Source of the DNA: Bdellovibrionales bacterium | Lineage (GTDB): Bacteria > Bdellovibrionota > Bdellovibrionia > Bdellovibrionales > UBA1609 | Length of the DNA stretch: 18,744 nt | Reading direction: 5' to 3' | Assembly (NCBI GenBank): GCA_050246815.1 | Contig: JBFWVI010000030.1 | Span: 21,740-40,483 of the forward strand | Shown: positions 17,615 through 18,744 of the stretch, one piece after another | How positions within the stretch are numbered: the first letter of the stretch is position 1 | Layout: each line of letters opens with the position of its first letter | The notes under the pieces: model-generated | What the model was told of the DNA's origin: nothing | The model's input: the letters and a program-made list of their open reading frames with translations, nothing else | Database searches by the model: none | Translations under genes and position numbers: made by a program

Positions 17615-18463
17615 GTGAATGATTTTTATCTGCATACCATTTTGCGCGGGATCGCTGTTCCCATGGTGGTGGGCGGAGCTGTTTATATCTTGGCACGCGT
17701 AACACCGACTTTTATCCGCGACACATTGCGCGGGGCAGGTTTAGCGGCGGCAGTTTTGTTTTCCTACATCCTGTTGCTGGGTATGCCGGACTGGCCGCTG
17801 ACGGGCAGTCCAAAGGGCGTGGTTTCTGCACTGTTGGTGGCTTCTATATGGCCATTGCTGGAGGCTATGGGTACGCGTCGCCTTTGGTGGAAGCGTTTTG
17901 CCTTGATCGCTGCGGTCAACTTGGTTTGTTTGCGGCCACTGGTCGAATCCGCCTGGTCGTTGCAGAGCAGTCTCACTATTTTATTAGGTCTAACTTCGAC
18001 TGTTGTTCTGATTTGGTTTGCTATTGATCGAGGAAGTCAACAGATGCAGCCCTCTGCCGTGTTGGCAGCGTTAGCGGTAATATCTGGCACGAGTGCCGCA
18101 TTTATGTGGCTGACGGATCATGGTGGTTTAGCAAAGTTGGGTGGAGCATTGGCGGCCGCCCTAGCGATAATGACTCTGCTGTCCTTAATTCGGGCCCTAC
18201 GAGCACAAAGAGAACTCAATTCGGTGGCCGTGATCGCACTGACAGCAATCTGGTGCACTTATGCATTCTACACGGATATTTCATGGACAAAAATGATTTG
18301 GCTTGCAGGGCCGTTCATATGGTTTGTGATTCGCGATATTTTAAATTGGTCAGGGGGCACTCCAGTCAAAGACACGATCACAACAATTCTTTTGACTCTG
18401 CCGTCAGGCTTGTGGGGTCTGTGGCTTGTTTATAATAAGGCCATTGAAACGCAAATTTACTAA
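17615..18463 (+). CDS. Polytopic inner-membrane protein of unknown function
   Basis: 282-aa ORF with GTG start and GAGGT upstream. Roughly 9-10 hydrophobic segments with short basic loops. No motif recognised. Confidence 0.75.
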   Translation: MNDFYLHTILRGIAVPMVVGGAVYILARVTPTFIRDTLRGAGLAAAVLFSYILLLGMPDWPLTGSPKGVVSALLVASIWPLLEAMGTRRLWWKRFALIAAVNLVCLRPLVESAWSLQSSLTILLGLTSTVVLIWFAIDRGSQQMQPSAVLAALAVISGTSAAFMWLTDHGGLAKLGGALAAALAIMTLLSLIRALRAQRELNSVAVIALTAIWCTYAFYTDISWTKMIWLAGPFIWFVIRDILNWSGGTPVKDTITTILLTLPSGLWGLWLVYNKAIETQIY

Positions 18464-18572
18464 ATTCTATCTCGCCCCTTGAAGTCTTAGACGAGGCAAA
18501 GTCACTGATCTAAACTGCTAAAGTGGCAAGATGCGTCTTAGGTTGAATCAATATCAAGATTCGAGCGTCCAT

Positions 18573-18744
18573 GCGGCTAATCAGGCCGAATTAAAAGTCT
18601 GGCCATATTTAACCAAGATGACGGCTTCATATCGAGGGGCTCCCAGCCCCTCAAGCTCATTGATTTCAACGTAGTCTTTAAGGCTGAGGTAAGCCCGCAG
18701 TCCACGCACCACTCGGCTGAAAGGGCGATAATCCCAAAAACGAC
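18573..18744 (-). mobile_element. HUH/Y1-transposase element, copy 2 (right end only, inverted relative to copy 1)
   Basis: The reverse complement of 18573-18744 matches 8319-8490 at 170/172 nt. Confidence 0.9.
18581..18744 (-). CDS. tnpA: 3' end of second Y1 transposase copy (5' part beyond the window's right edge)
   Basis: Translates to ...RFWDYRPFSRVVRGLRAYLSLKDYVEINELEGLGAPRYEAVILVKYGQTFNSA*, identical to copy 1 except Q>R. Confidence 0.88.
   Translation of the reverse strand, partial: RFWDYRPFSRVVRGLRAYLSLKDYVEINELEGLGAPRYEAVILVKYGQTFNSA

Noticed and set aside
1..18744. CRISPR array, tRNA or rRNA genes
   Set aside because: No regularly spaced direct repeats or tRNA/rRNA signatures were seen. 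The branched structure at 7400-7629 is too large and lacks T-loop/D-loop consensus.

Overview
Bacterial chromosomal window. A Bdellovibrionota-like origin is my inference from the style of the transposase and hypothetical proteins and is not verified. Left to right: the 5' part of acetyl-CoA synthetase (minus strand, runs off the left edge); a divergent M14-type zinc carboxypeptidase plus alpha/beta hydrolase; a first translationally coupled pair of a predicted outer-membrane beta-barrel and a large alpha-helical lipoprotein with EF-hand-like loops; a ~500-bp highly structured non-coding region followed by a HUH/Y1 (IS200/RAYT-like) transposase; a minus-strand four-gene gamma-glutamylation operon (GS-like ligase, Fe-ADH, C26 hydrolase, ALDH) resembling ethanolamine/amine catabolism; a second, diverged barrel + lipoprotein pair with the same 11-nt start/stop overlap; a polytopic membrane protein; and, at the right edge, the 3' end of a second, inverted, nearly identical copy of the transposase element. 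The best candidates for undescribed biology are the duplicated barrel-lipoprotein module and the HUH element with its ~230-nt branched fold-back structure.
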